A stretch of 64,000 bases of DNA, taken from positions 39,062,001 to 39,126,000 of the forward strand of contig NC_045696.1 in the NCBI RefSeq assembly GCF_009834535.1, given 5' to 3'. The position numbers were made by a program, and so were the translations under genes. The first letter of the stretch is position 1. Every line of letters starts with the position of its first letter. Shown piece after piece: positions 41,790 to 55,692 of the stretch. The DNA comes from Camelus ferus. Taxonomy: Eukaryota. The notes beneath the pieces are model-generated. The model had not been told where the DNA came from. It was given only the letters and a program-made list of their open reading frames with translations, and searched no databases.

Positions 41790-41935
41790 CACAAAAACCT
41801 GTGAAAAAGATGCTATAATTCTCCTCATTTTGCATGTGAGGAAACTGAGGCCCCAGGAGACTAAGTTATTAGTCAAAGGTCACAGAGTAGCAGGAGACAG
41901 AACCGAGATGTTACTCCAGTCAGTCTGGCTCTAGA
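41790..41935 (-). mobile_element. MIR
   Basis: ctcattttgcatgtgaggaaactgaggcccc...aaggtcacagagtag...cagtctggctctagag. Confidence 0.75.
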
Positions 41936-41936
41936 G

Positions 41937-42080
41937 CAGGCTTTCTTAACCTGGGTGTTATTAGCCCCTGAGACTTGGCTGTCCTGTGTGTCACAGGATG
42001 TTTAGCAGAATCCCTGGCCTCTACCCACCAGATGCCAATAGTGCCTGCACCCAAGCTGTGACAGCCCAAAATGTCTCACC
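41937..42080 (+). mobile_element. MER20 hAT fragment
   Basis: ggctgtcctgtg...caggatgtttagcagaatccctggcctctacccaccagatgccaatag...gtgacagcccaaaatgtctc. Confidence 0.8.
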
Positions 42081-42858
42081 ACTGCTTTAGTGGTAACCCC
42101 CACCCAGCTTTTAACCTCACACTGTGCTGCAGTTAAGTACCACATTTCTCCAGAGACAATGCCCTGTAGGACTCACTAAAAGGGCCCAAGCAGATTCCAT
42201 GAGCATCATCCACCTTCAGAGTACAAAGACTGGAAATTTAAGGGAAATCTGTGGAAGTAGGGAACATAGAAGAGCAGATCATCAGCCCAGTGGAGCTCGC
42301 TGTAGCATTTTCCTTCCTCCCACCAAGCCAGGTGATAGGGACTCCAGAGCCCAGCAGAGAGACTGGGGGCACCTGCAGGGGAGTCCCCAGCCAGCTGCTT
42401 GCTGAGCTGTGGGATCTGCTGCTCTGTTTCAGGGCTCCTATCAGAGAATATCTGAGTGTAGTTCCAAAGCTCTTGGGTCTCTGAGACACGGTTGTGGGAA
42501 TTTGGGGATGATTTGTGAACAAGTGGCTGCTTCTTGCCTGGAGGACCCTGAAGAAGGAGGCGGCACTCGGAGGCCAAAAGGCAGCGTGCGGCAAGTGCTC
42601 AAACACCCTTTGTTATGTCAAGGATCCTTGCGTATCCTCTGGGCTGAGGCAGTGCTGTAGAAAGTATCTGCATTTGGTCCACCTGGAAGGTGCCAAAGAG
42701 AGTGACATAGCAGGTGGTGAAGGCCAAGCATTATGGGACAGCAGGGTCCACTGGCATAAACAGGGAAGGAGGTGTGGGGCCACAGGAGGTCAGTCAGATC
42801 AGTTGAAAGGCTCTAAAAGAACTTTCACCTGCGTCCTTTGAAAGCTTCTACACGTTAC

Positions 42859-43687
42859 CAGGACCAGCTACGTCATGGGCGGGGCTCAGTGCAAAATGAA
42901 AATGTGGAGCTCCTTGGTCCAAAAGTAGGGGGAAACAGTCATTAAAGGTACTAAAATATAAAGTGGTTCCTTTCTTTTGCAGTCTCTCTCTTCACTATCG
43001 TAGTGTTGTTTTTAATTTGCTATTTAAAGTCATGCTCTCGCAAGCACAGAAATACCTGAAAGGTGAGTGCAGACATTCAGGGGCGTGGGAGGGCCCTACA
43101 GTGCCACTGGGACCCAGGTAGGCACAGGAGCCTCTGGCCCACAGGCTGTCGAGTTCCCCCACCTGCTAACTGCTGGACCGACACTACTGTGCTCTGGCCA
43201 GGGGTTGGGATACCACCCCCTCATGCACTGGTCATGGCCCCAACTCACAGAAAACCAGCAACCCTCAGGGGATTGCAACCTTCCACCCAGGGACCACTCC
43301 TTACCTGGATCAGGGGTAATGAGAGGCTTGTTCCAGTCCAGCCATCCTCCAAACTCACCATGGCACTGCCAGCCCAGGGTGGTTACAGGGTTTGAGATGT
43401 GTGCACTGGTCCCAAACCACCCTGCATCTGTGTACCAGCCTCTGCATTGGGTAGAGAACAGAGAGGGAGGTGAGAAAGTGAGGTCCAGAACCCATCTCAC
43501 AGGATGGGAGGCAGAACTGCATGTGCCAAGCCCTGGTCCATGCTTGTTATTCCCAAAGGACTTCACTTACAGAACAGATCCAAAGAAGACATTATTAAGA
43601 ATTTCAAGATGGCAGCTGCAGAGCATTAACCCCGAGGGTGAGGCCCTGCGTGAAGGCACTGGTTTCATGCCCCAGAAGTAGGCTCTG
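42859..43687 (-). mobile_element. MER45 long form (MER45B/C-like, hAT-Tip100)
   Basis: caggaccagctac...cagtgcaaaatgaaaatg at the left and attaagaatttcaagatggc...agagcattaa...ggctctg at the right are the reverse-complemented MER45 ends. Confidence 0.75.
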
Positions 43688-45499
43688 CCTGCCACCCAGA
43701 GGACATCAACAGACTAAAAGAGCTGAAGTACATATCATTTAAGTAAAAGACTTGCCAGCTCTTTCCCTAACCCTCTCCATCCGTTCCTGGGCCCCGAACC
43801 AGGTGGAATGGAGGAGGGTGGGAGAGAGGCCTGTATTAAAGGGCAAGTTCGCCCTTCTTCCTCAGGCAGTTTCCTCAGATCAGGGTGGGGGCCAAGCTGT
43901 GGGAGGGAAAACAGACTTGACTCAGTCTAGGCTTTCCACCTGAAAATTATCATCGCTCTCATCAAAGTGAGTGTTGGGTATGTATGTATTGATTGATTGA
44001 TAACTCAAAGTACCCAAAAAGCAATGGGATCCACCTGAGAAGTCAGCAAGGGGCAGAGAAGGAGTCGTCCATAAAACACGTTTGACAATTATTGATGAAA
44101 AATACAGCCATTTTCTGTCTATACCCCTGACTAGCTCAGCTTGTTTCACATAAAACAAGGGTTCAGTAGTATGAGAAATGGGTAACCCATGTTAACCAAG
44201 TAGAACTCACCAGAAATTCCACTAGTAAATTCACTGCATAAAAGGGGTAAATGAAAGTCATGAGAGAGTAATTTGAAATGGGTTGGTTGTCCCTCAAGAT
44301 AGTATGTTGTACTGATTACTTAGTGACCAATATGTAGGTTAATTGTTTTGATTGCTCAAAGACACAACATCTTTTGTGGGAATGAGCTATAAATCACCTG
44401 GTTGCATTCATCTAGACAAGGATATTATCCAAAATAGTCAAATATAATCAACTCTACATTCAAATCCAAATACTTCCCCAAGATACACGGGACTTCAAGT
44501 AGTTGATTTTGTGGCTCAAGTACATTTTTACCTTCCACCCTTCTCTTTCCTTTGCCTTATTTTTCTCTCCTACTTCAAGTACATATTATCCATATAAGTC
44601 ATATTAAATATAAGTGTTCATTTTCACAAAACTGTCTCCTCTTTCAAATAAATATGAATTGCATATTTATTTAAAAGCTGTATATCGGGTCCCGTGCCTC
44701 CTTTCACCTTGATCCAAGATTTAATTTAAATATGACCTCACCCAGGATACAACCTAATTAACAAAACACATTTTAAGTTATTTTGGAGAGGTGTGATAGC
44801 TCTAAAAATTTGTTTGATGTGTGGGTTTGTGTTTTTAGCACTTTTTGTAAAGTGCAAAATGCTGGAAACACCTGCATTAATGTTCTCTGAAGAAGGAAGA
44901 GAAGAAATAAGTGTGGGTGCAAGCACTTCCTTTCTTAGGAAGCCTTGTTCAATCCACTAGTCTTTTTGGAAATATCAGAACATACGTCACTTTTAAAGGA
45001 CACAGGCTTCTATATCAAACTTCAGAAAGTCTTATTACCTCACAATAGATTTTTAAATTGTTGCTAATGACATTATAACGTCATTGACTTTTGATTGCCT
45101 AAGGCAAGAAGAGATCAACGAGCAGCACAATTTGGTAGAAAGCCTTTGAAGCTCTCTCGTAGAAAATAAGTTTTTATAATGAATTGTACTGATCCTAGGA
45201 TTAAAAGTAATAGCTCACCCTTCAAATGACCTAGTTGATAATAAAACATAGTTCAGTTTTTCCTTCAACAAATTAAGTATTGATATATTGAAAAGAAAAT
45301 TCATAATTTTTCCCAGTGACTGTGAAATCTATTTTCACTTGGTCCCATCATCCGCCAAAAAGCATTATGATTCAGCAGTGGATTGAAATGGAAGGACAAC
45401 TGACAATGGTGAACTTTTCCTGAAGCCCTTGTGTTCTTAGAAAGTACAGCAAAGTTTGAAAAATCCCCCCACTGTTTCATCTTCTGGGAAGTAGCCACC

Positions 45500-45690
45500 T
45501 TGCTCTCATACATTCTGAGATAAGACCCACCAATACCTTTCCTGAGTGGGTGTGACCCCTTTGTTTATCTGCCTCTTTGGAGTTCTCGACCCCCTTCCTT
45601 TACTCTGAGATGTTCCTCATTAATGAACACCCTTCCCATTGCAATAGCCTGAAAATCATCTCCTTAATCTCGTGCATTTAGTCTTTCATT
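45500..45690 (+). mobile_element. ERV1 LTR 3' fragment
   Basis: ...cccattgcaatagcctgaaaatcatctcctt...tgcatttagtctttca, LTR U5-like. Confidence 0.4.
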
Positions 45691-48600
45691 ATTTCTTTAC
45701 AAGAGGGAAAAAAAAAAGTTCAAGTTCTATATTCTTCATTAAATCCAGGAAAGTCACGTAGCAGTGGGAAAGTGATGTGACTTTGAAATGAGGCAGGACT
45801 TCACAGTTTGGTCAAGTGTTTTAAGGCATGTTTACGAGGACAGAGGAGGGGCTCCGTTCATAAAGGAGGCAGTTGGAGTGTAACACTGATTGCTTTGCCC
45901 GAGGCCTCGCCAGGAAATAGCAGCACCAGGTTCAGAATTGTTGTTGAAACAGCAATTCCCTCACCACCTCTTTCCCCTGCTTTTTAGAGGATGTTATTTA
46001 ATCTCATTGGCATTTTGACCTTAATCATGATAATAGGATTAGATATAATCCCTTTCCTCATTAATCTCCATTTAAAAAAAAAATTATATGTATGTGTATG
46101 TGTTATGTGATTTGAACAGGTTTAAGAGTGGCACAAAATGAGAGACCTTATTCATGAAAACTAACCCACCTGCAAGGATTAAGACAATGTAAACATAAAT
46201 TATGATTTTGTAGCAACTCATATGCAAATGTTTGCAACTTCAGTTACTTACCTACTTAACAAAGGTGGCTTGTGGTGGCAATAACAGTCATGGAAGGAAG
46301 CAGGACTTCAACAAATAGGATTCCTGTCATGTAAGTATTTTATACAATGCTGAAACTTCTTTTATATAAAGGGAATGCCAGTGGATATATATACCTATAT
46401 ATACATGTATGTAGGCTCTGCTTTGGGAGAAAACATAAACTAAAAATTTTAAAGTTCCTTCAGTTACAGTGATCTGTACCCCAGAGCATCCGGACAAATA
46501 GATGAGTCTGACATGGCAGATTCCAAAGGCAAACAGGGATTCTTATAAAAGAAAGAAATGCTGAAATTTGGATAAGGCCAGAAATTTCACTTGTTTCTAC
46601 AACAATTTCACATCTAAATATTATTTATGTTGCTAATTGCAGCCATTATAATATCACCCAAGGGAAATTAAAGAAAATGTCCCACAGGAGATGGGTTAAG
46701 TAAACTACCGCATACTCACTCAGTAGATTTCTCAGCAGCGTATTAAAATTAGTTCACAGGAAAACATGGCATAGTTGTCTATGAAAAAAATTAAACAAAT
46801 TGAAAAAGTTTTGCTTGGAGAAGAAAACCTGGTTACAAATGGCATAATTTGGACACATTTTCAAATGGAATGTGCATTCAATGAGTCAGGGAGTGTCCAT
46901 CTTTCATTACTGTATCCCTTGCAGTGTTTGGATGGCATAATGGTTTATGTTAACAAAGGAAAGCATACAAAGTGATTCCACTAGAAAAATATGTTATGCA
47001 TAGAAAAACTCTAAGAATATACACTAAAATGTAAACTGCTTAATTTTGAGTGGATATTTTTGCGAATTAGCATTTTTAATTTTTAAAATGAAATTATATT
47101 TCTTTTGTAATCAGATCAAAAGCAATAAATTTAAGTTAAAAATCTATCTTTTTAAAGGTTTTTCGGAGCAGTCCTTATAACATAGCCAGTTTCTGTATTT
47201 AGACAGTTTATAGAGCTGGCTGGCTTTTTCTTAATCTTGGAAAGCAACTTATTTTCTGAAATCCTCGCATTTTATCCAAGCTTATCTCTCAGTGAACAAT
47301 CACACACAGTCTGTTCCGGATTGTGATCAGTAAATGAAGTGAAAATCACGATGAGGTAACTATTGTGTGCTGTCTGTCACTCACAGATTTCCCAGGTAAC
47401 TGTGATTTTATTCTTCGTGAAGTAAGAACTGAACCAGAAAACTTGCTGCTGCCCTATAGAAATGAAGCTCACAGGAACAGCTCTGTCCTCACAGTCTTCA
47501 ACAAGCCATTGGTTTGAGAAGAAAATGAGCTATAATCCTAGGAACTCATTCTGAACACTCCAATAATTCTCTTGAGCAGTAAATATATTTAAGACAATTA
47601 TTACTAAATAATGCAATGACTGTGTTTCTAGACATTAACAAAAGTTACATTTGATTGGTCAAAAATTGCGCGTCAGTGCCCCCCAAGAGGAATGTTGAGT
47701 GCTTGTGCAGTGCAGTAGGACCCATTTTTCTATTCTAGATTGCCAAATATATTCAGTGATGCATTTGATTTCAAATTGAGAAATGAATATGCCCAAGGGA
47801 AGCAATGGACATCCTGAATGTTATAGTTCAAAGTAGAAGAAAAAACAGCAATGTCTGGAAAACCAGAGAGTTAGAAGAAAGGAACTGTGTAGATTTATTC
47901 TGTTCTGTTCGTAGATTTGTCTTCTTCTTTTTTTTTTTTTTTGCATCAATTATATACAGAGTATGTCAGAATCAGAAATATTAATCCAACTGTAGTGCTT
48001 TGCTGAAATAATGGCTACGAATTTCCAAAGAACCACCTGGGATATTAATCTGTTCTGTATTTTGAAAATATAATTCTAGAAAATGTAGAAATTTTACATC
48101 AAGCCTAAATGCTACTAAATAAGTAGTTTTAAAATTTATTTATAGTCTATCTTCAATTAAAGAGAAAGGTTTTAAATAAATTATATCAGCTCAATTTGGG
48201 ACCCTTTCCTAGAAAAACAGAATCTTTGGAAAGTTTTGAAAGAATTGGAAAGATTGTATTAAGAAAATAGAATGAAGTATCCCAGAATTAGCCTGCCCAT
48301 GAGGAAAGTCACAGTAGAGAAAGAATTTGCCTTTAAATCTTTTGCACTCAAGAGGAAAATAAGTTTCTAGAACCTTATGTCATTCACAGCAGAGAACCAA
48401 AACCAATGTTACTGGTAAACAAGCAGGAAGTCATCTTCACCTGGTATGAAATAATTAAAATCACTTTAGTTCTCTCTCTGGTAAATAAATGCTAAGACAC
48501 TGAAAGTAATACACCAGTAATTTATTTCCCTTAATTCAAAACCAGTAATCAAAATAGGATGGGAAATATTTCATACGTCCTCCCAAGGGCTTATCTTTAA

Positions 48601-49759
48601 ATGGACTCTTTTTCATAAATACTCAACACAAAAGCACATACACTGTCAATCTACAAAATGAATGCTGATCATTGGAGATTTTTCTACTTAACAAACCTTT
48701 ATCAAATATCCACTTGACCTGATTTATTTGGTTCAAGCAAAGTTACTAAAGATTGCTATGGGGATATATAAATTTCATTCCATTTTTAACTCAATACCAT
48801 GACTGGAATGGAAGCATCTTCACTTGCTTATAATTTGAGAGTCCACATTCCTTCATGGATATTCTTTTTCTCCTTTCAATATCTGCTTTTCAGACCCAGG
48901 CAGCACAGTGTATTTAGCTCTATTTTAACATACATTCCATTTATTATTTATTGTAGCTACCAGTTCACTGTTCTTACTGTGCTGTGCACTCGCTGATGGC
49001 AGGAATGTTATTTTGTATTCATTTCACCAAATAAAGTGGCTGGCACGTGTAGGAGGCCAATAAACATTTGGTGACTAAAGTAACTACCTCCAAAAATCTA
49101 TGAAAGCTGTACCTAACTACAAAATACAAGATGCTATTATTGAAGATTGACATATTACTTTAACATTAGGATGGTAAGATTGAGTGAAGTTTAGATTTTT
49201 TTTTTTTGTCCCCCTTGGTCTCAACAATATATGAAACTTAATAGTAAAATAAGATAAAAGACTTGATTGGATATGGACGAGAGAGGCTCTTTGTGGGAAT
49301 CTCAGCTGGTGACTGTCCATGGTACCACCTTGATGCTGATGTTCATCTTTAGAAGGATTCAGCTCTGTTAGGTAATCTGGCACTTGGCTGGCACTGAGGA
49401 ACAAACTCTCCTTGAATTACTGTCATAGTCCAGCTTTATTCCTTAGTTAAATGCTGGTAATTTACATTTAGAAAGCAAGCAGAATCCAGATGAAGTAGTT
49501 ACAAAGCTCTTCCCTATGAAAATTGTTTTTCCATAACATACATGCCTGTGACTCTTATTGATGGTGTCAAATTCTCCTGGGACCTTAAACTTTTTCCAAG
49601 ATGGAAATTAGTCAACTTTCAAGCCTTCTTTGGGCCAGAATAGATGGCTGACTCCAGTTTAGTCTAGTATCGTCCAACTCATAGTTAAGAATTGTTTGTC
49701 GTTGTTGTTTTAAACATAATCTGACTCCAAAACAAGTTTTATACATTGAGAATTCCTCT

Positions 49760-50062
49760 TTACACATAGATACCCCAGTAAATCAAATTAAATGTAATGT
49801 ACACAATGGGAAATAAAATCCGTGAATAGGAGTCAATGACATGGTTGTTCTCCACGATGATTCTACCAACATGCCCTCCTAGGGGTTGTCTTCTCTTTAT
49901 CCAAGGTGAATCTATGCTGGGGCTGCCTGTGAATCTTCCTTGCATGGAGTCCTCTTCTGAGTGGAGAGAAAAGGAAGTTTGGTCCATGTCTGTCTTACTG
50001 TCATGGTAACAACCATCAAAGGCCATGGCTCGAGCTGCATCAATATTGTACATTCCAGAAAT
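49760..50062 (-). CDS. GABRR3: GABRR3 terminal coding exon (loop + M4)
   Basis: ttttgtcag|ATTTCTGGAATGTAC...TATGTG TAA; 303 nt, [21 protein letters not shown]...[10 protein letters not shown]. Confidence 0.95.
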   Translation of the reverse strand: MSGMYNIDAARAMAFDGCYHDSKTDMDQTSFSLHSEEDSMQGRFTGSPSIDSPWIKRRQPLGGHVGRIIVENNHVIDSYSRILFPIVYITFNLIYWGIYV

Positions 50063-53000
50063 CTGACAAAAAGACTTTTGTTAGTAAGTCATGAATATGG
50101 TTTTAGGAGGAGGAATTACAGTAAAAGTCTAAACAATCAGATTTTAAACATAGTTTCAATAAATGTTAAGAATGTTTTGCTTATTTTAAAGAACAGAATT
50201 CTGATTTTGTTTCTGGTGTCTGATTAAAAGTCATGTTCATAATAAATGGAAAACATCATCTTAGAGACCCATTTTTAATAGGTATTTAGAGAGAGAGAGA
50301 GAGATGTGCATTATGACAAATAAATGTATCACGACTATAATTGCCAATGTGTTCTAATTTAATTCCTGGCCCGATAGACTGTTACACTCCATGTGTGTTT
50401 CCCAAGAAGGGAACATTGTTTCTGAGTAGTATGAATTTGCGGTAAGTTTGTGAGTTAAAATTGAATATGATTTATCAGAAGACTAATATAAGCCAATTGG
50501 ATTTGTCTTTCATTGTATTTTTCCCCTTCGCAGAAAACATAGCAGTATGCCCAATCAGTGTGTTTTCGGTCCCAAACAGAACAATATCATCTGATGATCC
50601 ATTTATGCTTAAATCTGGGGTGGGAGTAGGGAATGATTTTAACTGCTCTTTTAAAATGCAAATTGGCCAAACCTTTCCATTTTTGCTGAAAATTTACCTA
50701 TGAGTGTTACCAACATAGCTGAATTAAACAACTTGAAATTGGCTTATTTTTTGGAAGGAATGAATTATCAGTGCTTTTTGGCTCCACTGCCTGATTGAAT
50801 CTAAACTACCATTTTTCTTTAAGGTTTTACTCTAAGGGAGATAATGGTTCTCACTGGTACAGAGCTGTGTCTAGGAAGCAGCTGTTACTAATTGCTTTCT
50901 GAGAAAACAAAATCACTTCTTGATCTATAGGGAAGTTAAAAAAATGAACAAACATGAGTAGGCTACTACTGGATGTAAATATTCAGAATTCAAATTGGAC
51001 ACTGCAGAGTAAATTCTGCCAAAACATGTATTTGGTTCATAGTGATTCAAAACCCTAGTATTTTACTGAATTCAAGAGACATGGGGACTATTTTGTGCGG
51101 TAAGTAAACTAACCAGGGACTGATACTCAAATTATGTTGTCCCTTTTTGTTTTAGTTGCAGAATCTTTCCACAGTAAAATGTAAATGTGTAAAATAAACA
51201 TGAAATGGCATCAAGACTGAATTACTAATAGCCAATGATAACAATAATATATTAAACTCTTGATCTAAGGATGGAGTAAATATGTATAGTCTCCTTGGTG
51301 GTTTTGCTAGGCACCCAGAACACTGCTGAGTCATCCCAATGGACATTCACATTTTTATGTTAACAACAATGTCATTAGTATGTTAAAGAAGAAGTAATCT
51401 TCTTTGAAAAACAAGAATATTATTTTCTTTCTTCATTATGATAATCTAGATCTATAGAATTGATTAAGTCTTGCAGTACACCATTTACCAATGGGCTACT
51501 AATTTCCACAAGTTTATAAGGTGGCTCTTCCAACAGAAACAGTTTTAGAGCTGGTCTTTAATTTTTCACTTCAGCCCACAAATAAGCACAGAGCTAAGGC
51601 ATATTATAGCTAAATACAGATGTAACTGTTTTAGAAGACTGAGTTCTAAGCCCTGGAATTAGGAGACCATGTGGATGACGGAATAAAAAAGAAATCAGCT
51701 TCCTTTCACCTTTCTGGGAAAAGGTCAACACTCGGCACAAATTTTCGATGGCCCCTTTGTCTCTCCCAGCTCTTGGCATCTGGGGGTGACGGGGACAGGT
51801 GTGCGATGGTGGTGATGGTGGTGGCGGTAGGGCATGAGCTTTGCGTGACTTCACGATTTCATAGGGAGGAACTCCATAGCCTAACAGTCCTGGTCTTTCT
51901 TACCATCCCTCAATCACTCCATCCTAGGGGTTTGGAGGAAGGAACTGGCATATGTGGCTCAGTCCCTTTTGAGTTTTCACTTTCGGATCTGTATTCGTGT
52001 CCTGGTTTGTTCTCTGAAATAAGGCAAAGGAAACTGTCCTTACAGGGAGAGTCCTAAACCATCTAGCTTCACCAGCGACCAAGAGAGTAAATACATTTAA
52101 TACAGCCATGAAATAATAATGACATCTCCTGCTCACAGACCTAAGGCACTTTCTCCAAACTGCTTTATCAATAACGAAGATAACATCATCACAGCAATCA
52201 GCCTGACTCCCACATCTCTCTCTCTCACTGGTTCCCCAGCTCAGGGATGATGGGGAGAGATGCCATTCATTAACCCCCAAACCTGCACACGTATCCTTCT
52301 TCCCTGCCCCTCATCAGAGCATCCCACCCTCTGGTCTCAAGCAGCCTGTTCTCACTATCCCTATTAAAACTACTACTCCTTCAGAGCATATGCTGTGGGC
52401 ACTGATCACAATAGGAACTTAATATTTGTGGAGCACTTTATAGTTTGAAAAAAATTCAAACCCACTTATTATATCATTTGACCTTTGTAACAGCCCTGTG
52501 AGGTAAACAGGGAAGAAATTCCACCATTTTGCAAATACAGAATGAGGTTTAGGAGACAGTCTGGAACACAGAGCCAGCAAGTTAGGTATGGCATCACTTC
52601 TGGCTCCGAATCCTGTGCTCTTTCATTTGTCCCACAAATACATGAATGGCAAGTGGGACACTTCTCTGAGATAACTGCACCTTTGAAGGAAGATGCTTAG
52701 AATGGTGGTTTCCCAAGGATCAGAGGAGGGGGAAATGGGGAGTTGTTTAATGGGTACAGAGTTTCAGTTTTGCAAGACAAAAATGTTCTGGAGATTGGCT
52801 GTACAACAATGCAAATGTTCTTAATACTACTGAACTGTACATTTAAAAACAATTAAGGTGAAAATTTCTATGTTGTATATATTTTACTACAATTAAAAGT
52901 CAATCCCACTCCTGGGCATATATTTGCAGGGAACTCTAATATGAAGAGATACATGCACCCCAATTGTTCATAGCAGCACTGTCTACAGTAACCAAGACAT

Positions 53001-55692
53001 GAAGCAACCTAAATGTCCATTGACAGACATTGGATAAAGAAGCTGTGGTATATTTATATAATGGAATATTACTCAGCCATAAAAAAGAATAAGATAATGC
53101 CATTTGCAGCAACATGGATGAAACTGGAGATCATCATTCTAAGTGAAGTAAGCCAGAAATAGAAAGAAAAATACCATACTATATCACTTACATGTGGAAT
53201 CTAAAAGGAAGGTCATAAATGAACTTTTTTTTTTTTTTTTTTACAAATAAGAGAGACTCACAGACATAGAAAGCAACCTTATAGTTACCAGGGGTAAAAG
53301 GGGTGAGAAGGGATAAATCAGGAGTTTGAGATTTGCAGATACTAACTATTATATATAAAATAGATGAACAATAAGTTTCTTCTGTACAGCACAGGGAACT
53401 ATATTCAATACCTTGTAGTAACCTATAGTGAAAAAGAATATGAAAACGAATATATGTATGTATATGTATGACTGAAACATTATGCTGCACAGTAGAAATT
53501 AACACAACATTGTAAACTGATTATATTTCAATTGAAAAAAAGATCAGATAAAGACAGGAAGGGAGAAGAAAAAAAGAGAAAAAAGAAAAATTGTTTTTAA
53601 AATCAAAAATAAATTTTTAAAATGAACAACACTTATTAAGTCAAAAGAATCTCCTCTGTGGTATACAGATTGTCTACAATATGATAAAGTGAAAAAAAAT
53701 TCAGGTTGTGTGAACATGTGTGTTGTTTCTACACTGGAATTTGACACAACGTTGTAAAATGACTATAACTCAATAAAAAACGTTAAAAAAAATGTGTGTT
53801 GAGTGGCAGGTGGGGGTGGAAGATGTAGATATTTGTGAGTCAAAGGACTAGACAGAGGTAAGCCAACATTACTTTAGTGCCTCTTTCGAGGGTTAACCAC
53901 TCCCCATGTAAAAACAAAACAAAACAACAAGAACAACAAAATTCTTTCCCTCATCACACATTTTTCTCTGTCACCTTTCACTTCACAGATGATCAAAATC
54001 ATTGCTTTTCACAGCATGGGCTAAGGATTGGCCACCGCTGGGGCTGGTGAGAAATGCACTCTCAGATTCCACCCCAGAGCTACTGAACGAAAATCCTAAC
54101 AAATCCCAGGTGATGTGTACATGCCAATTACCACATACTCATCTAAGGGCTCCTGACCTCCTCACCCCTGCAGAGCAGTCACTGTGGGTGTGTGCGACAG
54201 GACCCACACTCACATGTGGTCAACAAAAGAAACTGAAGCATCTGCAATAAAACAAAATCAGCTCCAATTACAGCTTTGACTCGAAGGATATGAAATAAAA
54301 ATGAAGCAGCATTACAGGAGATCTGAATTGCAATCGCAGCTCTGTTGGCTGTGGATCTTTTGGCAAATCACCTTACTTCACTAAAACTCTGCTTTTGGAG
54401 TTTAAAAAGAGGGAAAATAATCTCTGCAAAGCCTCCATCCTGGAGCTGATCTGAGGGTTCAGTTCAAGAAGACGATATAAAAGTGCTCTGAAAAGTATGA
54501 AATGCTCTCACTAGAAGTATAAAAATATGAAATAATGTTTGGGGTATGTATAAATGCTCATATAAGAATTTCTTAAACCCATGTGAATATATTGGATTAA
54601 AATTATACATAAATACAAATACTCATGCACATATATATAGCAAAGAAATTAATTTGATCACTTAGGTTTCTGAAGTAAAATACCTCATGTCAGTTCTCAT
54701 AATAACAGGGAACTGGTGCCCTAATCCTTTATGAAATGAAGCAGGTAAAGATCAGTCTATCCAGATTTATTAGCAATGTCACAAGGAACATGTGATACAT
54801 TTAGAGCCCAGAAGGCACCTTATTCCCACGATACTGTGCAGAGAAGAACTTCCCTTTATGCTCTACCACTCTCCCGAGTGACAAGAAAAGAGCAACAAAT
54901 CCTAGCCCTTGGTGGAGAGCTATCTTTATTGGTCAAGTGCATAATCTTTGGAGTCAGGGAGCTCCAGAAACAAATCCCGATTCCTCTCAAGCTGTGTGAC
55001 CTTGGCCAAATACTCCCCTTCTGTTCCTACTTCACCTTGGTAAAATGAAGCTGGTAACGTACCCACCTCTCGGGGTCACTCTGAGCATTAAATAACACAA
55101 TACGTTGGGTGGTTAGCCCGATGCCAATGCATAAGAAACTCTCATTAAAGTTGGCTATGATTATTATCATCACCATCATCTACTTGAAAGGATGTGATTT
55201 GTACAACCCCTTCTTCCCAAGGGTTAGAATCAGTGGAGGGGAGCACACAGAGAGAAATTCCTCACACAAAATACCTCCTCGAAAGGCAAATGAGGATCTG
55301 AGGAAACCAGCCAGCACAGAGCAGAGAGAATCAGTATGAAGTTCCATGTTAAACTGTCATCATCCTGCAAACCTGCATCCTGCCAAGGCACAATGGACTC
55401 TATACAAGGGTTGCAATGCTGTCAGGAGTGGGCAGAAATGAGGGTAGTCTTTTTCGTATTCCCAAAAGGATCCAATAGTCCAAGCAAGCCAGTACCTTTC
55501 CTGTCTTTTTGAATCGTTTCCGTTCTTCCACTGTGGTGAGGTAGTTCACAGCTGCATATTCAATGACCGACAGGAAGACAAAGAGGGAGCTGACCCACAG
55601 GTACACATCCACGGCCTTGATGTAGGACGCCTGGGGCATGGAGGCACTCACACCAGAGAGGATGGTGGACATGGTCAGCACTGTGGTGATTC
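49760..55692 (-). CDS. GABRR3: GABA-A receptor rho3 subunit, 3' part: complement(join(49760..50062,55496..55692)); upstream exons lie beyond the window end
   Basis: Cys-loop M2 ([10 protein letters not shown]), M3 ([25 protein letters not shown]), intracellular loop and M4 ([25 protein letters not shown]); the loop [16 protein letters not shown] is rho3-type. Confidence 0.95.
52700..52898 (+). mobile_element. L1MB-type 3' end
   Basis: gaaatggggagttgtttaatgggtacagagtttcagttttgcaaga...actgaactgtacatttaaaa...ttttactacaattaaaa. Confidence 0.85.
52899..53541 (+). mobile_element. Younger L1: degenerate ORF2 C-terminus + 3' UTR
   Basis: aatcccactcctgggcatatat...atggaatattactcagccataaaaaagaat (IPLLGIY...[10 protein letters not shown], frameshifted), then 3' UTR and A tail. 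Confidence 0.9.
53726..53791 (+). mobile_element. Extremely 5'-truncated L1 insertion
   Basis: tgacacaacgttgtaaaatgactataactcaataaaaaa tail flanked by 10-bp TSD atgtgtgttg (53716-53725, 53792-53801). Confidence 0.75.
54930..55160 (+). mobile_element. MIR
   Basis: ctttggagtcag...agctgtgtgaccttggccaaat...gtaaaatg...tgagcattaaataa. Confidence 0.7.
55496..55692 (-). CDS. GABRR3: GABRR3 penultimate exon (M2-M3)
   Basis: aatggcag|GAATCACCACA...GGAAAG|gtactg; 197 nt, (G)[32 protein letters not shown]...[14 protein letters not shown]. Confidence 0.95.

Noticed and set aside
43063..43681. 204-aa and 156-aa ORFs
   Set aside because: They lie inside the MER45-like element and show no transposase or other motif I can recognise.
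47674..47691. Second CTCF-like motif cagtgccccccaagagg
   Set aside because: Several mismatches at high-information positions.
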